DNA of 64,000 nt from an uncultured Methanoregulaceae archaeon (GCA_963701095.1 OY969564.1:1280001-1344000), one strand, 5' to 3'. Shown: positions 33,325 through 44,554, counted from the stretch's first letter. Numbers and translations are program-made. Notes: generated by a model from the letters alone, not told the origin.

Positions 33325-34452
33325 ATGCGTCTGTTTGGTCACGATCTACTGCTCGGGCAGGATAAACAGCATAGTGATACGGTCAATGTGATACCTGCAG
33401 GGAACGCATCAGATTCTTTACAGGCAGTTCATGGATGGGACAGTAGCAATGGGACAGCAATCATAAAGATCGAACATCTCTCCAAGGTCTTTGCGAGTAA
33501 AACAAAGACGGTGACTGCCGTAAACGATGTCTCTTTTGAAGTGAACCATGGGGAAATTTTCGGACTTCTTGGCGCAAACGGCGCCGGGAAAAGTACGCTT
33601 ATCAGAATTCTCACAACTCTTCTTTCCCCGACATCGGGACAGGCATTTGTCAATAATTACGACATTACCAAAGACCCGGAAAAGATTCGGGAAATTATCG
33701 GGGTTTGCTCACAGAACTACACGAGCGATTCCGAATTGACCGCCTACGACAACCTTGAATTCTACGGAAAACTCGAAAATGTTCCGGACAGCATCCTTCC
33801 GGACCGGATCTGGGAACTTCTGAAAATGGCCGGGCTCTCCGACCGGGCATACATGCCGGTAGGTACATTCTCAGGTGGTATGAAACGAAAGCTTGAGATC
33901 GTCCGGGCATTTATCCACCGCCCGCTTATCCTTTTCTTGGATGAACCAACCATCGGTCTCGATCCAGAAGCCCGCAGGGAGGTATGGCAGCAGATCATGA
34001 TGCTCAATAAGGAGAATACGACGATCATTCTCACCACGCATTATATGGATGAGGCGGAAAAACTCTGCGGCCGGATCGCATTTGTGGAACGCGGCAGATT
34101 GATCGCTCTTGACACTTTGGAAAACCTCAGGAAACTAATCCCGGCAGGTGACCTTATTGAAATCGGCGTGGACCACATGGATCCCCAGGCAGAAGAGGCA
34201 ATACGTAATGTTAAACTTGTCAATGCTGTCTCGGTTATCGAGCATACGGTTATGATTTCGGCAACAAATGGAAGTAAGGTAATTCCCTCTATTCTTGCAG
34301 TTTTCGAAAAATTCCAGATTCCCATCATATCTATCTCAATCCGGTCTCCCTCCCTTGAGGACATTTTTATCTACCTCACAGGTAAAGGACTGGAAAGCGG
34401 CAACGGGGAGGAAGAAAATGCATCCGTCCCCGGCGGGAGGCGGCCGCATTGA
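33325..34452 (+). CDS. ABC transporter ATP-binding protein (DrrA-like)
   Basis: GANGAGKST, FSGGMKR, LDEPTIGLD, TTHYMDEAE. Confidence 0.93.
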   Translation: MRLFGHDLLLGQDKQHSDTVNVIPAGNASDSLQAVHGWDSSNGTAIIKIEHLSKVFASKTKTVTAVNDVSFEVNHGEIFGLLGANGAGKSTLIRILTTLLSPTSGQAFVNNYDITKDPEKIREIIGVCSQNYTSDSELTAYDNLEFYGKLENVPDSILPDRIWELLKMAGLSDRAYMPVGTFSGGMKRKLEIVRAFIHRPLILFLDEPTIGLDPEARREVWQQIMMLNKENTTIILTTHYMDEAEKLCGRIAFVERGRLIALDTLENLRKLIPAGDLIEIGVDHMDPQAEEAIRNVKLVNAVSVIEHTVMISATNGSKVIPSILAVFEKFQIPIISISIRSPSLEDIFIYLTGKGLESGNGEEENASVPGGRRPH

Positions 34453-35546
34453 TGCGGGGGCCCATCGCCATTTTCAAAAGGGATTTCAAAAAGTTCCTGA
34501 GCAACCCGTTCATCATTATGATGACGCTGATTATGCCTATCATATATCTAGTGGTCTTTGGGAATGTGATAGGAGGAACCATCAGTCATATCCCGGTTGG
34601 TGTCGTCCAAGAAGTTCCGCCTTACACGGAAACACCGCTTTTCACAAATGCTGCCTACCAGCTTAACCATATCAGCCAAGGTAGCCAAAATGATGCAGAA
34701 AAAGAATTGGATGTGACAATTTATGCCGATGAAGCTCAGGCCAAACAGGATTTGGAAAACGGAAAGATCGGAGCGGTTATTGTTTTCCCGTCATCTGTAT
34801 CAAACGATAATGCGGTCCGCCTCTATGTTGACAGTTCAGATTCCGTAATTCCTCCTCTTGTCGAAGGCGCAGTAAACCAGGTCCTTCTGGGTCTTGGGGC
34901 AGACAACCCGATCATTGTCGATAAGATCTATGGGGATATAACGTATCTCCAGTTCTTTGGCGTCGGAGTGATCATGATGGCCATCTTTACCTCAACTATG
35001 TTCGGTGGGGGGATTGCACTTATCAAAGATCGTGAAAACGGCATCCATGAAGGCTATCTGGTGACACCAGTAAAACGATCAAGCATCGTAATGGGTATCA
35101 TTTCCAGCGGGACCGTCAGAGCTTTTATAGCAGGATTTACCATATTCTGGATCGATCTGCTAATCACCGGCATCACCCTCCAGAGTTTTCAGGATTTTTT
35201 GCTTGTCCTGCTGGTTATCTTGATAGCTTGCATGGGGGTGACAAGCCTTGTCGTCTCTTTTGCATCACGGTTCTCATCACAGCAGGAGTATTCTTCAGTC
35301 ATCGCGTTTTTCAATCTCATGCTGTTCATGACTTCGGGTGCTTTTTATCCGGTAATAGGCATGCCAAGCTGGTTACGCTGGATCACAGTAATTAATCCGG
35401 AGTATTATGGGATAGATGCGTTGAGGAGCATAATCCTCAGGAACCAGGGACTTAACGTTATTGGGATCGATCTTATAGCGCTTTTGATCTTCTCGTCGGT
35501 AATGATTGTCCTGGGGATTGTCACTTTCAGGAGGACACTTGAATAA
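34449..35546 (+). CDS. ABC-2 type transporter permease
   Basis: DRENGIHEGYLVTP, SGAFYP, INPEYYGIDALR; overlaps the ATPase stop. Confidence 0.9.
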   Translation: MMRGPIAIFKRDFKKFLSNPFIIMMTLIMPIIYLVVFGNVIGGTISHIPVGVVQEVPPYTETPLFTNAAYQLNHISQGSQNDAEKELDVTIYADEAQAKQDLENGKIGAVIVFPSSVSNDNAVRLYVDSSDSVIPPLVEGAVNQVLLGLGADNPIIVDKIYGDITYLQFFGVGVIMMAIFTSTMFGGGIALIKDRENGIHEGYLVTPVKRSSIVMGIISSGTVRAFIAGFTIFWIDLLITGITLQSFQDFLLVLLVILIACMGVTSLVVSFASRFSSQQEYSSVIAFFNLMLFMTSGAFYPVIGMPSWLRWITVINPEYYGIDALRSIILRNQGLNVIGIDLIALLIFSSVMIVLGIVTFRRTLE

Positions 35547-35559
35547 CGGTGGTGCAAGT

Positions 35560-35703
35560 ATGGGAAACAAATGTTATCTGAACACCGACAGTAAAAAAAT
35601 ATCGAGCTCGCGGGGGAACCCCAAGCAAAATTATGATCTGAACGACCCGATTAACGAGATTATGAAGATAATTGACAGGCATTTGGGAGAGGGATATATA
35701 TGA
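35560..35703 (+). CDS. Possible 47-aa small protein within efflux operon
   Basis: SD-like ggtg upstream; stop overlaps the next ATG (ATGA); no family recognised. Confidence 0.35.
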   Translation: MGNKCYLNTDSKKISSSRGNPKQNYDLNDPINEIMKIIDRHLGEGYI

Positions 35704-37127
35704 TATGGATTTCAACCTGTACTAAACTTTACAGAACTTTTTCGAGGAACTGCATGAATAAAATGAGTCGATCTTTACCCCTTGAAAAAAAAGAGGCTGC
35801 CGGGGCAGTACAAAGTATTATTGGACACCGAGCAAATCTGCCGCGATTTCTGTGCCTCATTTCAATCATCCTTGTAGTATGTGCCATATCTCCGGTAATG
35901 GCCGGGACACAAATCATGACCGGGAGCCCCGAACTGAATGCACACATTGTAGGTACCAATGAATTTTCACCGGGCGACGATGTTAACCTTCAGATCACCA
36001 TTGAAAACACGGGACTTAATCAGTTTGAAATTGTTGAGACCGGCCTCATCACCCCCACCGATCTTTCGAACACCGCAAAACAGGTGACCGCGACGTTGGA
36101 TGCGGGAGATGCGCCCCTTGTGGTCAAAGCCGATCCCCAGATAGTGGGCGATCTCCTGGCGAGTGACAGTGCCATTGCCACATTCCATATTACCGTTAAC
36201 CAGTATGCTCCCGGAGGGACATATCAGATTCCCATCATACTGAATTATTCCTACCTATACCAGGCAAACCAAGAAGGTAGTGAAACCCTGAATTACCAGT
36301 ATAAGAATGTCAATGAAACGCTTTCCATACCTATTACCATAAAACCCGAAGTTGAAGTCGCTGTGTCAAATGTGGAGACGGAAGGCCTGAACGCAGGGAA
36401 CGAGGGTTATATCTATTTAACCGTAAAGAATATCGGGTCTGACAACGGTCAGAATGCTGTTATCCGGATCCAGCAGAACGGACAGAGCCCGATAGTTCCT
36501 ACGGATGGGAGTTTCTATGTGGGGGATTACCCGGTAGGATCGGCAGTCAACTGTACCTTCCGGGCCCAGATATCAAGCAATGCCCAACAGAGTATCTACC
36601 CGCTTGATGTGCTCGTCTATTATAAGAATTTCGAAGGGGATTATGTGGATTCACCGATTGAGACCGTCGGGGTCCAAGTCGGTCAAAAAGTGGACTTTGC
36701 AATAACGCCGGTTTCGGCTTCAGTTACGCCAGGTGCTAACGCCGTCATCACGTTCCAATTCCAGAATACCGGAGGGACAACCGCCTACAATGCTGAGGCA
36801 CGGATAAGCGCTATTGATCCCTTCACTAGTAACGACGATACAGCATTCCTGGGTACCATGGCACCCGGCGATGTTCGCACGGCTTCTTTCAACGTCGCAG
36901 TTGACCCGTCTGCAACCGTTAAAGAGTACGGGCTGGATTCAGAAGTGATTTACCGGGATGCTCTCGATAACCAGTTCACCTCCGACCCGCTCAAGGCTAA
37001 TGTCGAGGTGGTGCCAGCGAAATCTGTCGTGTCCCTGATTGGCCTCCCGTACCTGGTCGCCATTCTCATTGTGGTACTTGCTATTGCAGGTTACGTTGTC
37101 TATGTAAAACGGTTCAAACCCCGGTAA
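35700..37127 (+). CDS. COG1361 S-layer-domain membrane-anchored protein
   Basis: Signal-like helix, repeated Ig-like NxG motifs, DPFTSNDDTAFLG, KEYGLDSEV.YRD, C-terminal TM helix. Start uncertain. Confidence 0.85.
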   Translation: MIWISTCTKLYRTFSRNCMNKMSRSLPLEKKEAAGAVQSIIGHRANLPRFLCLISIILVVCAISPVMAGTQIMTGSPELNAHIVGTNEFSPGDDVNLQITIENTGLNQFEIVETGLITPTDLSNTAKQVTATLDAGDAPLVVKADPQIVGDLLASDSAIATFHITVNQYAPGGTYQIPIILNYSYLYQANQEGSETLNYQYKNVNETLSIPITIKPEVEVAVSNVETEGLNAGNEGYIYLTVKNIGSDNGQNAVIRIQQNGQSPIVPTDGSFYVGDYPVGSAVNCTFRAQISSNAQQSIYPLDVLVYYKNFEGDYVDSPIETVGVQVGQKVDFAITPVSASVTPGANAVITFQFQNTGGTTAYNAEARISAIDPFTSNDDTAFLGTMAPGDVRTASFNVAVDPSATVKEYGLDSEVIYRDALDNQFTSDPLKANVEVVPAKSVVSLIGLPYLVAILIVVLAIAGYVVYVKRFKPR

Positions 37128-37237
37128 ACCTTTTGACCCGGTTTTTCTACCGGCGCTGATGTGGCCAACCCAAAATAACACATACGATGAATATCCTATT
37201 CCGGACGACCGGTTAAATTCCAGACCTAAGGAACATT

Positions 37238-39541
37238 ATGATCGATCAGATCTTCAGCGCGATTGCACATCTTGTCAATCGCCGGCCTGAGCTTGTTGTC
37301 GCACTTATTGGCGTAATTTTTATCATCGCCCTTTTCGGCGTGACCATGATCACCATGCAGACCGGAAATGATACTTATATGAACAAGAATTCGCCGGAAG
37401 GTGTAGTAAACAAAGAATATACCAATACATTTAACCAGGATTCCCTGATCCTCATCATTGAAACGAGTGATCCGCTCAACCCCGCCGTACTTTCCTATAT
37501 GGACCGGCTTGAAAGTGATATCCGCCAGCAGCAACACATAACAAGTGCGTCAAGCGTTGTGGATATCCTCAAACAAGAGAACAACGGTGTGCTCCCCCAG
37601 ACCAAGGGAGAGATCAGTACTCTTGTAAACCAAATACCTCCCGCCGTCCAAACCACAGCCGTACCGTCAAATGTGCTTACCCTGATGGAAGTACAACTGG
37701 ACACTGGTCTTTCCGACAATACAGAAACATCTGTCCTTAATACTGTGCAACAGGCGGTTGACCAGTCAAATCCACCAGCCGGAGTGACCGTCTCCCTCTC
37801 CGGGACTCCCGCATTTGATGCACAAATGAAAGCCGCGATGGGATCCCAGATGGGGGTTCTGATCGGCGCTGCCATGATCCTCATGGTGCTTGTCATGGGC
37901 GTTCTTTTCTCCTATGTCAGCTATCGATTCCTTCCCGTAATCTTTGTGGGGCTTGGTCTCACGACCGCACTTGGGCTGATGGGTCTTGCTGGAATCCAGC
38001 TCAACATGGCGGTACTTGGTGCATTCCCAGTCATGATCGGTCTTGGGATCGATTACGCGATCCAGTTCCATGCCCGCCTGGATGAGGAATCACGGAAAGG
38101 ATCGCTCGATGATGCAGTCTATATGACCATTACCCGCACCGGCCCTGCGGTTATGTATGCAATGCTTGCTACTTCTCTGGGATTTGCGGCAATGTTTATT
38201 TCCACTGTGCCAATGATCCAGTCGTTCGGGCTTGTGGCAATCATCGGTATCATGAGCTGCTACTGCATTTCACTTGTAGGTATACCAGCAGTTGCTCAGG
38301 TTATCCATTATAAACCAAAACAAAAGACTCCTACTGTCTGCTATGCGGTCGGCGAGGAGGCCTGCGATACACTCCCGGTGCAGAAGAAGAATTCATGGTC
38401 CTACGGCCAGTTCCTCACAGATACTTCGGTGAAGATAGCCAAGAACCCAGTTCCGATCCTCCTCCTCGCTGCACTCATTGCCGTAATAGGCTTCCAAATT
38501 GACCCGATCATTCCCATCGAAGCTAATCAGAACAACTTTGTTCCCAGCAACATGCCAGCGAAGATTGAAATCGACAAAGTCACACGGGTTCTTGGATCAA
38601 CCACAACCGCAGATTTCTACGTTCAGGGAGGGAGGGTCACTGACCTCGATTCCATACAATGGATCGAAACATTCCAGGATTACGAGCTGTCCCATCATTC
38701 ACAAATCACCTCGGCAACAAGTATTGTCACCTTCATTATGGCCTACAACGGCGGGGTAATGCCCCAGACCCAAAGTCAGCTGGACGCCGCCCTTGATAAA
38801 ATACCCTCCGGTGTAAAAGACCGGTACCTCAGCGGTTCGATGAGAGGGGTCATTGAGTTCGGAATGGCTAACCTCCAGATTCCCCAGGAAGAGGATCTCA
38901 AGAAAGTGATGGTGAACGATATTGCTTTCCTAAACCCGCCTATAGGTATATCGATACAGCCGGCCGGAAGTTTTGATATAATGACTGCTCTCATCGGGGG
39001 AATGTCATCCTCCAAGGATGAAATGACCTATCTGGGATTTGCCCTGATCTTTATCTTCCTCGCCCTGGTCTACCGGCATATCCATGCGATCTCACCGCTG
39101 ATCCCTATTGTGCTTATAGTCGGCTGGAACTCCGTAATGATGTATATTCTCGGCATCTCCTATTCCCCACTGACAGCGACACTCGGTTCCATGACTATCG
39201 GAGTCGCAGCTGAATACACTATTCTCGTAATGGAACGTTACAGCGAGGAGGAAGATCGACTGCATGATCATATTGCTGCAATCCAGGAAAGCGTCAAGAG
39301 AATAGGTACTGCTATCACCGTATCCGGTCTTGCAACATTCTTTGGGTTCTCGGCACTATGCCTTTCCAATTTCCCCATAATCAGCAACTTCGGTATTAGT
39401 ACCCTGATCGCAGTAGGATTCTCCCTTTGCGGTGCGATCTTCATCATGCCGGCAGTACTTTCTCTCATGGGACGGTTTACTGAATGGCTCGACGAAAGAA
39501 AGCAAAAGAACCACAAAGAGGATAGTATACCTTCACCGTAA
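37238..39541 (+). CDS. RND/MMPL (HAE3-type) transporter
   Basis: Two repeats with GLGIDYAIQF and GVAAEYTILVMERY; about 12 TM helices. Confidence 0.92.
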   Translation: MIDQIFSAIAHLVNRRPELVVALIGVIFIIALFGVTMITMQTGNDTYMNKNSPEGVVNKEYTNTFNQDSLILIIETSDPLNPAVLSYMDRLESDIRQQQHITSASSVVDILKQENNGVLPQTKGEISTLVNQIPPAVQTTAVPSNVLTLMEVQLDTGLSDNTETSVLNTVQQAVDQSNPPAGVTVSLSGTPAFDAQMKAAMGSQMGVLIGAAMILMVLVMGVLFSYVSYRFLPVIFVGLGLTTALGLMGLAGIQLNMAVLGAFPVMIGLGIDYAIQFHARLDEESRKGSLDDAVYMTITRTGPAVMYAMLATSLGFAAMFISTVPMIQSFGLVAIIGIMSCYCISLVGIPAVAQVIHYKPKQKTPTVCYAVGEEACDTLPVQKKNSWSYGQFLTDTSVKIAKNPVPILLLAALIAVIGFQIDPIIPIEANQNNFVPSNMPAKIEIDKVTRVLGSTTTADFYVQGGRVTDLDSIQWIETFQDYELSHHSQITSATSIVTFIMAYNGGVMPQTQSQLDAALDKIPSGVKDRYLSGSMRGVIEFGMANLQIPQEEDLKKVMVNDIAFLNPPIGISIQPAGSFDIMTALIGGMSSSKDEMTYLGFALIFIFLALVYRHIHAISPLIPIVLIVGWNSVMMYILGISYSPLTATLGSMTIGVAAEYTILVMERYSEEEDRLHDHIAAIQESVKRIGTAITVSGLATFFGFSALCLSNFPIISNFGISTLIAVGFSLCGAIFIMPAVLSLMGRFTEWLDERKQKNHKEDSIPSP

Positions 39542-39691
39542 AATCTGAAAAGACAATAAAAAAGTCCTTAATTTTCTTTGTGAAAATTCAACGAAAATAT
39601 ACATTTTTCATTCTCCATATCGTGAACCGGATTTCTTTTGGATAACATGATATTTATTGAGCAATAACCTCTACAGCAAGTGCATCCTCGC

Positions 39692-41613
39692 ATGAATTCC
39701 CTAATTCGTACGGTCGCTCTCATCCAGATGAAAGTAGGACCAGATCCGGAAAATAACCTCAAGAAGGCACTTGAGCACGTTGAAAATGCAGGCCGGAACG
39801 GGGCACAGTTCATTTGTCTTCCCGAGCTGTTCCGTACCCGGTACTTTCCCCAGCAGATAGGTGTGCATGCAGAACAGCTAGCCGAGACTATTCCCGGTGA
39901 ATCTACGGAGGCTTTTGCCCGGCTCGCCCGTGATTATTCCGCAGTTATAATCGTCCCGGTCTTCGAACGATCGCTAACGGGGCGATTCTATAATGCAGCA
40001 GTCGTAATTGATGCTGATGGAAATCTTCACCCTCCCTATTACAAGGTACACATCCCACAGGATCCGAAATTTTTCGAAAAAGGATATTTCTATCCCGGAG
40101 ATCACTACGTCATTTATGATACTCAATATGGACGAATAGGCGTTCTTATCTGCTACGATCAATGGTTCCCCGAAGCAGCAAGGTGTGTTGCACTTAACGG
40201 TGCGGAGATCATCTTTTACCCGACTGCAATCGGCAATCCCTGCACCGATCCACCTTCAGAAGGGGACTGGCAGGAAGCCTGGGAACTAATCCAGCGCAGC
40301 CACGCCATCGCAAACAGCGTGCACATAGCTGCTGTTAATCGTGTAGGTCAGGAAGGTAATATCCGGTTTTTCGGAGGATCGTTTGTTTGTGACGCTTTTG
40401 GGAAACTGCTCGGAAAGGCAGGAGATACCGAGGAAACAGTCATGGCAAGAATCGATCTTGGTATAAACGCCACGATCCGGGAGTCGTGGGGATTTTTCAG
40501 GAACCGCCGCCCTGACACGTATGACGCCATAACCGCACGTTTTCCTGATCACGATGCCACAGCGTCGATTCCCCGAAAAGGGGATACTCCAAGAAAACTG
40601 GGCTTTTTCATGCCAGCCGAATGGGAACAGCACGATGCAGTCTGGTTATCGTGGCCGCGAAATAAGAACACCTTTCCCAATCTTACGGCCGTAGAGGATA
40701 TATATATCAGGTTTATTGCAGCAATTGTCCATTCCGAACGCGTCGAAATGTTCGTCCCCACTGCAGCTATAAACAGAGACGTAAAAACACGCCTGAAGAG
40801 CGCCGGGGTAGATCTCTCCGGGTTACTATCCGGACAACATCCTATTCAGACGTATGGATTCGTGATTATGGTCCGACATTTGTGGTTAACCCGGCACTAA
40901 AAAGATTGGCGATGGTTCGTTGGGAGTTTAATGCATGGGGAGAAAAATACGAAGATCAGATCGCAGATGGCTGCATCCCTGGTGAGATGAACAGATCTCT
41001 TGATCTGCCTGTTTTCAGGCCAGGAATTATTCTTGAAGGAGGATCCATTGATACCAACGGGATGGGAACAGTACTAACAACCAGTGCCTGCCTTCTCAAT
41101 CAGAACCGGAACCCGGATCTTACAAAGGATGAGATAGAAGAATATCTTACGGAATATCTGGGTGCAGTAAAAATAATCTGGCTCAACCGAGGTGTTGCCG
41201 GTGATGACACCGACGGACATATCGATGATATCGCACGGTTTGTTTCGCCATCTGTTATTGTCTGCGCATACGAAGAAAACCCAGACGATGAGAATTACGA
41301 GACTCTAAAAGAAAATTATGAGATCCTTGCTAGTGCAACAGATCAGGAAGAAAAACCATTCACGGTTATAAAGCTCCCCATGCCGGCTCCAGTTGTAATA
41401 GGTGATGACCGGTACCCGGCAAGTTATACAAACTTCTTTATCGGTAATACCTTGGTCATAGTTCCGGTCTTTAATGATCCTTCAGACGGAAAAGCGCTTC
41501 GTATAATACAGGATCTTTTTCCGGAAAAGACGGTGATTGGTATAAATGCCCGTGCGATGGTAGAAGGGTTTGGGACGTTCCATTGTGCAACCCAGCAACA
41601 GCCCCTCGTGTAA
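39692..41613 (+). CDS. Fusion of N-carbamoylputrescine amidase-like nitrilase (AguB) and agmatine deiminase (AguA); frameshift at ~40818
   Basis: Nitrilase triad LPELF/YYKVHIP/ICYDQWFPE, then MPAEWE in the same frame; shifted frame DVWIRDYGP, LEGGSI, DDTDGHID, GTFHCATQQQP. Confidence 0.88.
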
Positions 41614-41697
41614 GTCTTTTTTAAAAAGGATCCTTGCAATTTTGAACAGGTAGATTAAGCAGATCGTTTCTTTTGTTTATACAAGGTTAATAAAAAA

Positions 41698-42090
41698 TTA
41701 GTTCCATTTTACCAATACCAGCCCGGCGATACTAATGCCTGCAATGGCGGTAAAAATGGAAACCGGAGATTGTGTCGTTGTACCTGCTGATACCGGAGTA
41801 CCTGGTACAGGTGGTTGTGGACTTGTAATGGATGATGGTGAGGACGGCACCGTTGTCGGGGATTCTGTTGAAGCGGTTATATTCATCGCAGATGTTGCAG
41901 TACTTGTTACTGAAATTCCAGGTGTAACAGAGACTGATGGTGTAGCAATGGAGGTTGCCGTCACTGAAACTTCGGGGATTGTTGAGGAAGTAATGGATAT
42001 GCCCCTCGCACAAACCGGTGCCCAAAAAACAGCAAGAACGAGAAGGAGAACCATTACCAGCGTAAGTTTCAATGATAATCTCTTTGTCAT
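41698..42090 (-). CDS. Small secreted Ser/Thr-rich protein with C-terminal membrane anchor
   Basis: Signal peptide, S/T/P-rich body, TTQSPVSIFTAIAGISIAGLVLVK tail. Confidence 0.7.
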   Translation of the reverse strand: MTKRLSLKLTLVMVLLLVLAVFWAPVCARGISITSSTIPEVSVTATSIATPSVSVTPGISVTSTATSAMNITASTESPTTVPSSPSSITSPQPPVPGTPVSAGTTTQSPVSIFTAIAGISIAGLVLVKWN

Positions 42091-42220
42091 AAAAGACAGT
42101 TAGATTTCCGGAGATATGAGAGTTATGTCTAAAGGCACATTTATGAATGGGTACCTGCCGCTTTTGATGTGCCTTGATCTTTGGCAATCTACAAACGTAT
42201 CCTGCAATAACAGGATTGTA

Positions 42221-42700
42221 TCATGCGGGTTTTTGTTGACGTAAGAACTCAATTACTTCGTTCATATCAGGAACACTATGGACCGGATAAACCTTCACAA
42301 ACCTGACACGCTGACTTTCATCCACAATAATATTCGCCCGCTCCGAGAACCCATTTGCACTTCTGAATATCCCGTATGATTGCGCTACCGCACCATGAGG
42401 CCAGAAATCGCACAACAGGGGGGTTTCGGTGACCTTAAGATCCTGGGCCCATGCCTTTTTGCACGGGACTGAATCGACGCTGATACCGACTGCCGTAGTG
42501 TTAAGTGATGTCAAAGTATCCCTATTTTCTTCGAGAGATTTCATCTGGCCTGCACAAAATGCAGTCCATGCTAACGGGTGAAACGAAAGAAGAACCCGTT
42601 TTCCTGATTGTTCCCTCAGATCAAATGTCTTGTCATTATGATCTTTGAGCGAGAAATTCGGTGCCGGATCTCCGGGCCGGATCATAGGCTGTTGTTCCAT
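42221..42700 (-). CDS. Peroxiredoxin (AhpC/TSA, AhpE-like)
   Basis: PxxxTxxC motif PLAWTAFC, GISVDS, DFWPHG, ERA. Confidence 0.88.
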   Translation of the reverse strand: MEQQPMIRPGDPAPNFSLKDHNDKTFDLREQSGKRVLLSFHPLAWTAFCAGQMKSLEENRDTLTSLNTTAVGISVDSVPCKKAWAQDLKVTETPLLCDFWPHGAVAQSYGIFRSANGFSERANIIVDESQRVRFVKVYPVHSVPDMNEVIEFLRQQKPA

Positions 42701-42779
42701 AAAGTCACCTGCATTCCTCAATATAAGCATCCAATATATGAGGGTTAGCCTTACGGAAATTTCCGGTTAATTTCCGCGT

Positions 42780-43337
42780 TCACCTAATTAATCCGGATCG
42801 AAAATGTCGTGACGGAGAAGAAATCGGATATTTTATCTTCTTTTTCGGGGCGCTTTCCAGCCGGATCTTTTCCAGCTCGGGTTCAAACCATATCCCTACA
42901 CATTGCCTGACCACACCAAGACCCGCATCACTGTCAAGGAATATTGCTCCGATGATAGCCTCTATTGTATCTGCAAGAATTGATTCTTCTCCGGATCGCC
43001 AGAGTTCTTTTTCCCCTCTCCCTAGCCGGATAAACTTTTTTATTTTAAGGCGCCTGCCGATTTTTGCTAGGGTTGTATTATCCTCGAGCTGTTCCTTCGT
43101 CTGAGTTATTGACCCCTTTTCCTGAAGCCCTTTTTCCATTAAAAACAATATGAGACTGGTCTTGAGAACAGCATCCCCAAGAGTACTATACGCTTCCTGT
43201 GTCAGGCAGATTCGGTTTTTCTGGATAAGTTCATTTGCATAGGCAGGATGCGTCAGTGCACGGATCAGATGTTGTGGCTCAAAAAAATGATACCCTATAA
43301 TATGTTCCATTGCCTGAAGATCGTCTTTTTTTTCCAT
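42780..43337 (-). CDS. Ribonuclease III catalytic-domain protein (no dsRBD)
   Basis: RALTHPAY, EAYSTLGDAVLK, LADTIEAIIGAIFLD. Confidence 0.85.
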   Translation of the reverse strand: MEKKDDLQAMEHIIGYHFFEPQHLIRALTHPAYANELIQKNRICLTQEAYSTLGDAVLKTSLILFLMEKGLQEKGSITQTKEQLEDNTTLAKIGRRLKIKKFIRLGRGEKELWRSGEESILADTIEAIIGAIFLDSDAGLGVVRQCVGIWFEPELEKIRLESAPKKKIKYPISSPSRHFRSGLIR

Positions 43338-43401
43338 AATCTTCACTATTCGTAGGTGAAAAAACGAGATAAATACCACTCATCGATCTTTTCGGGATTG
43401 A

Positions 43402-43920
43402 TCACTGCTTAAGATCTCTTCCAGCTGGGGTCCTATGAAGAACGAGAGCTTCAGAATTCATGCAATAGCGTTTTCCCGTAGGAGGCGGACCATCATCAAA
43501 AACATGCCCGAGATGTGCTCCGCACCGTGCGCACAGGACCTCGGTGCGGATCATATTTTGGGATGAATCTTTGCGGGTACGAATATTTAATGACGAGACG
43601 GGATCATTAAAACTTGGCCATCCTGTACCTGAGTCAAACTTGGCCTCTGAGAGAAAAAGGGCAGTCCCACAGCAGGCACAACAGTAAATCCCATGCTCCT
43701 TGCAATCATGGTATTTGCCGGTAAACGGATACTCGGTTTCCTGCTTACGCGCCACTGCAAACTGTCGGGGTGTCAGCTGAGCCTGCCACTCTGCGTCGGA
43801 TTTCTCTATCGGAGCAACATGCTCAACGTCATTGTTTTCCGGATTAAAAATGGTGATGAGTCCATCTTTGCTCGCCGTGCCGGTTGCATTTTTTATCATT
43901 CCAAAGAAAGCCTCCTTCAT
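43402..43920 (-). CDS. msrB: Peptide methionine-R-sulfoxide reductase
   Basis: [38 protein letters not shown]. Confidence 0.95.
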   Translation of the reverse strand: MKEAFFGMIKNATGTASKDGLITIFNPENNDVEHVAPIEKSDAEWQAQLTPRQFAVARKQETEYPFTGKYHDCKEHGIYCCACCGTALFLSEAKFDSGTGWPSFNDPVSSLNIRTRKDSSQNMIRTEVLCARCGAHLGHVFDDGPPPTGKRYCMNSEALVLHRTPAGRDLKQ

Positions 43921-43969
43921 CCTCTAATCGGGGCTGGGGATAATAGACCTTACGGTAATGACCATTCGG

Positions 43970-44554
43970 TCACAGACCAAAAAAACTCAGGATGCGGCGT
44001 TTTGGGTCCTTATAAAAAATCCTTGCCCCATCCTTGATATTGCGGACGTCTTCAATGGTGTACAGCAGATCCGGATATTCTCGGGAGATGAGAGAAAGCA
44101 GTTTGGAGAGCTCTTTTCTTGGGACGATCATGAAGATAATACTGACTGAACCGGAAAAACTGCCGGTGCCTTCAATCCGTGTCATGCCATATCCCAGCGC
44201 TGAAAGACGTGTCATAATTGTCTGAGGATCTTCAGCAGTGATGAGTCTGACAATAACAAAACCAATTGAGATGAGATTTTCAATCTCCATACCGAGGACG
44301 GTTCCAATACCGTACCCTGCAAGATAGGAAAAAAGGTTCCAGAATTGAGTCAGGTTAGTAAGCACAAGTCCGGTGGAAATCAGCCAAACACCTGTTTTGA
44401 CAATACCGACATATGCGGCGAGGTTTGCATGTCCTTTGCTTATGTAAATTGTCCTGACAGATTCAAGACTTGCTTCAAAAATCCTTGCGACGAGGATAAG
44501 GAGCGGTATCGACGCTGCCGCCCAAACTATTCCTATGTCCATGCGCTGATTCAC
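43970..44554 (-). CDS. UPF0316/DUF2179-like membrane protein
   Basis: Three TM helices, YLAGYGIGTVLGM.IE, GYGMTRIEG.G. Confidence 0.8.
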   Translation of the reverse strand: MNQRMDIGIVWAAASIPLLILVARIFEASLESVRTIYISKGHANLAAYVGIVKTGVWLISTGLVLTNLTQFWNLFSYLAGYGIGTVLGMEIENLISIGFVIVRLITAEDPQTIMTRLSALGYGMTRIEGTGSFSGSVSIIFMIVPRKELSKLLSLISREYPDLLYTIEDVRNIKDGARIFYKDPKRRILSFFGL

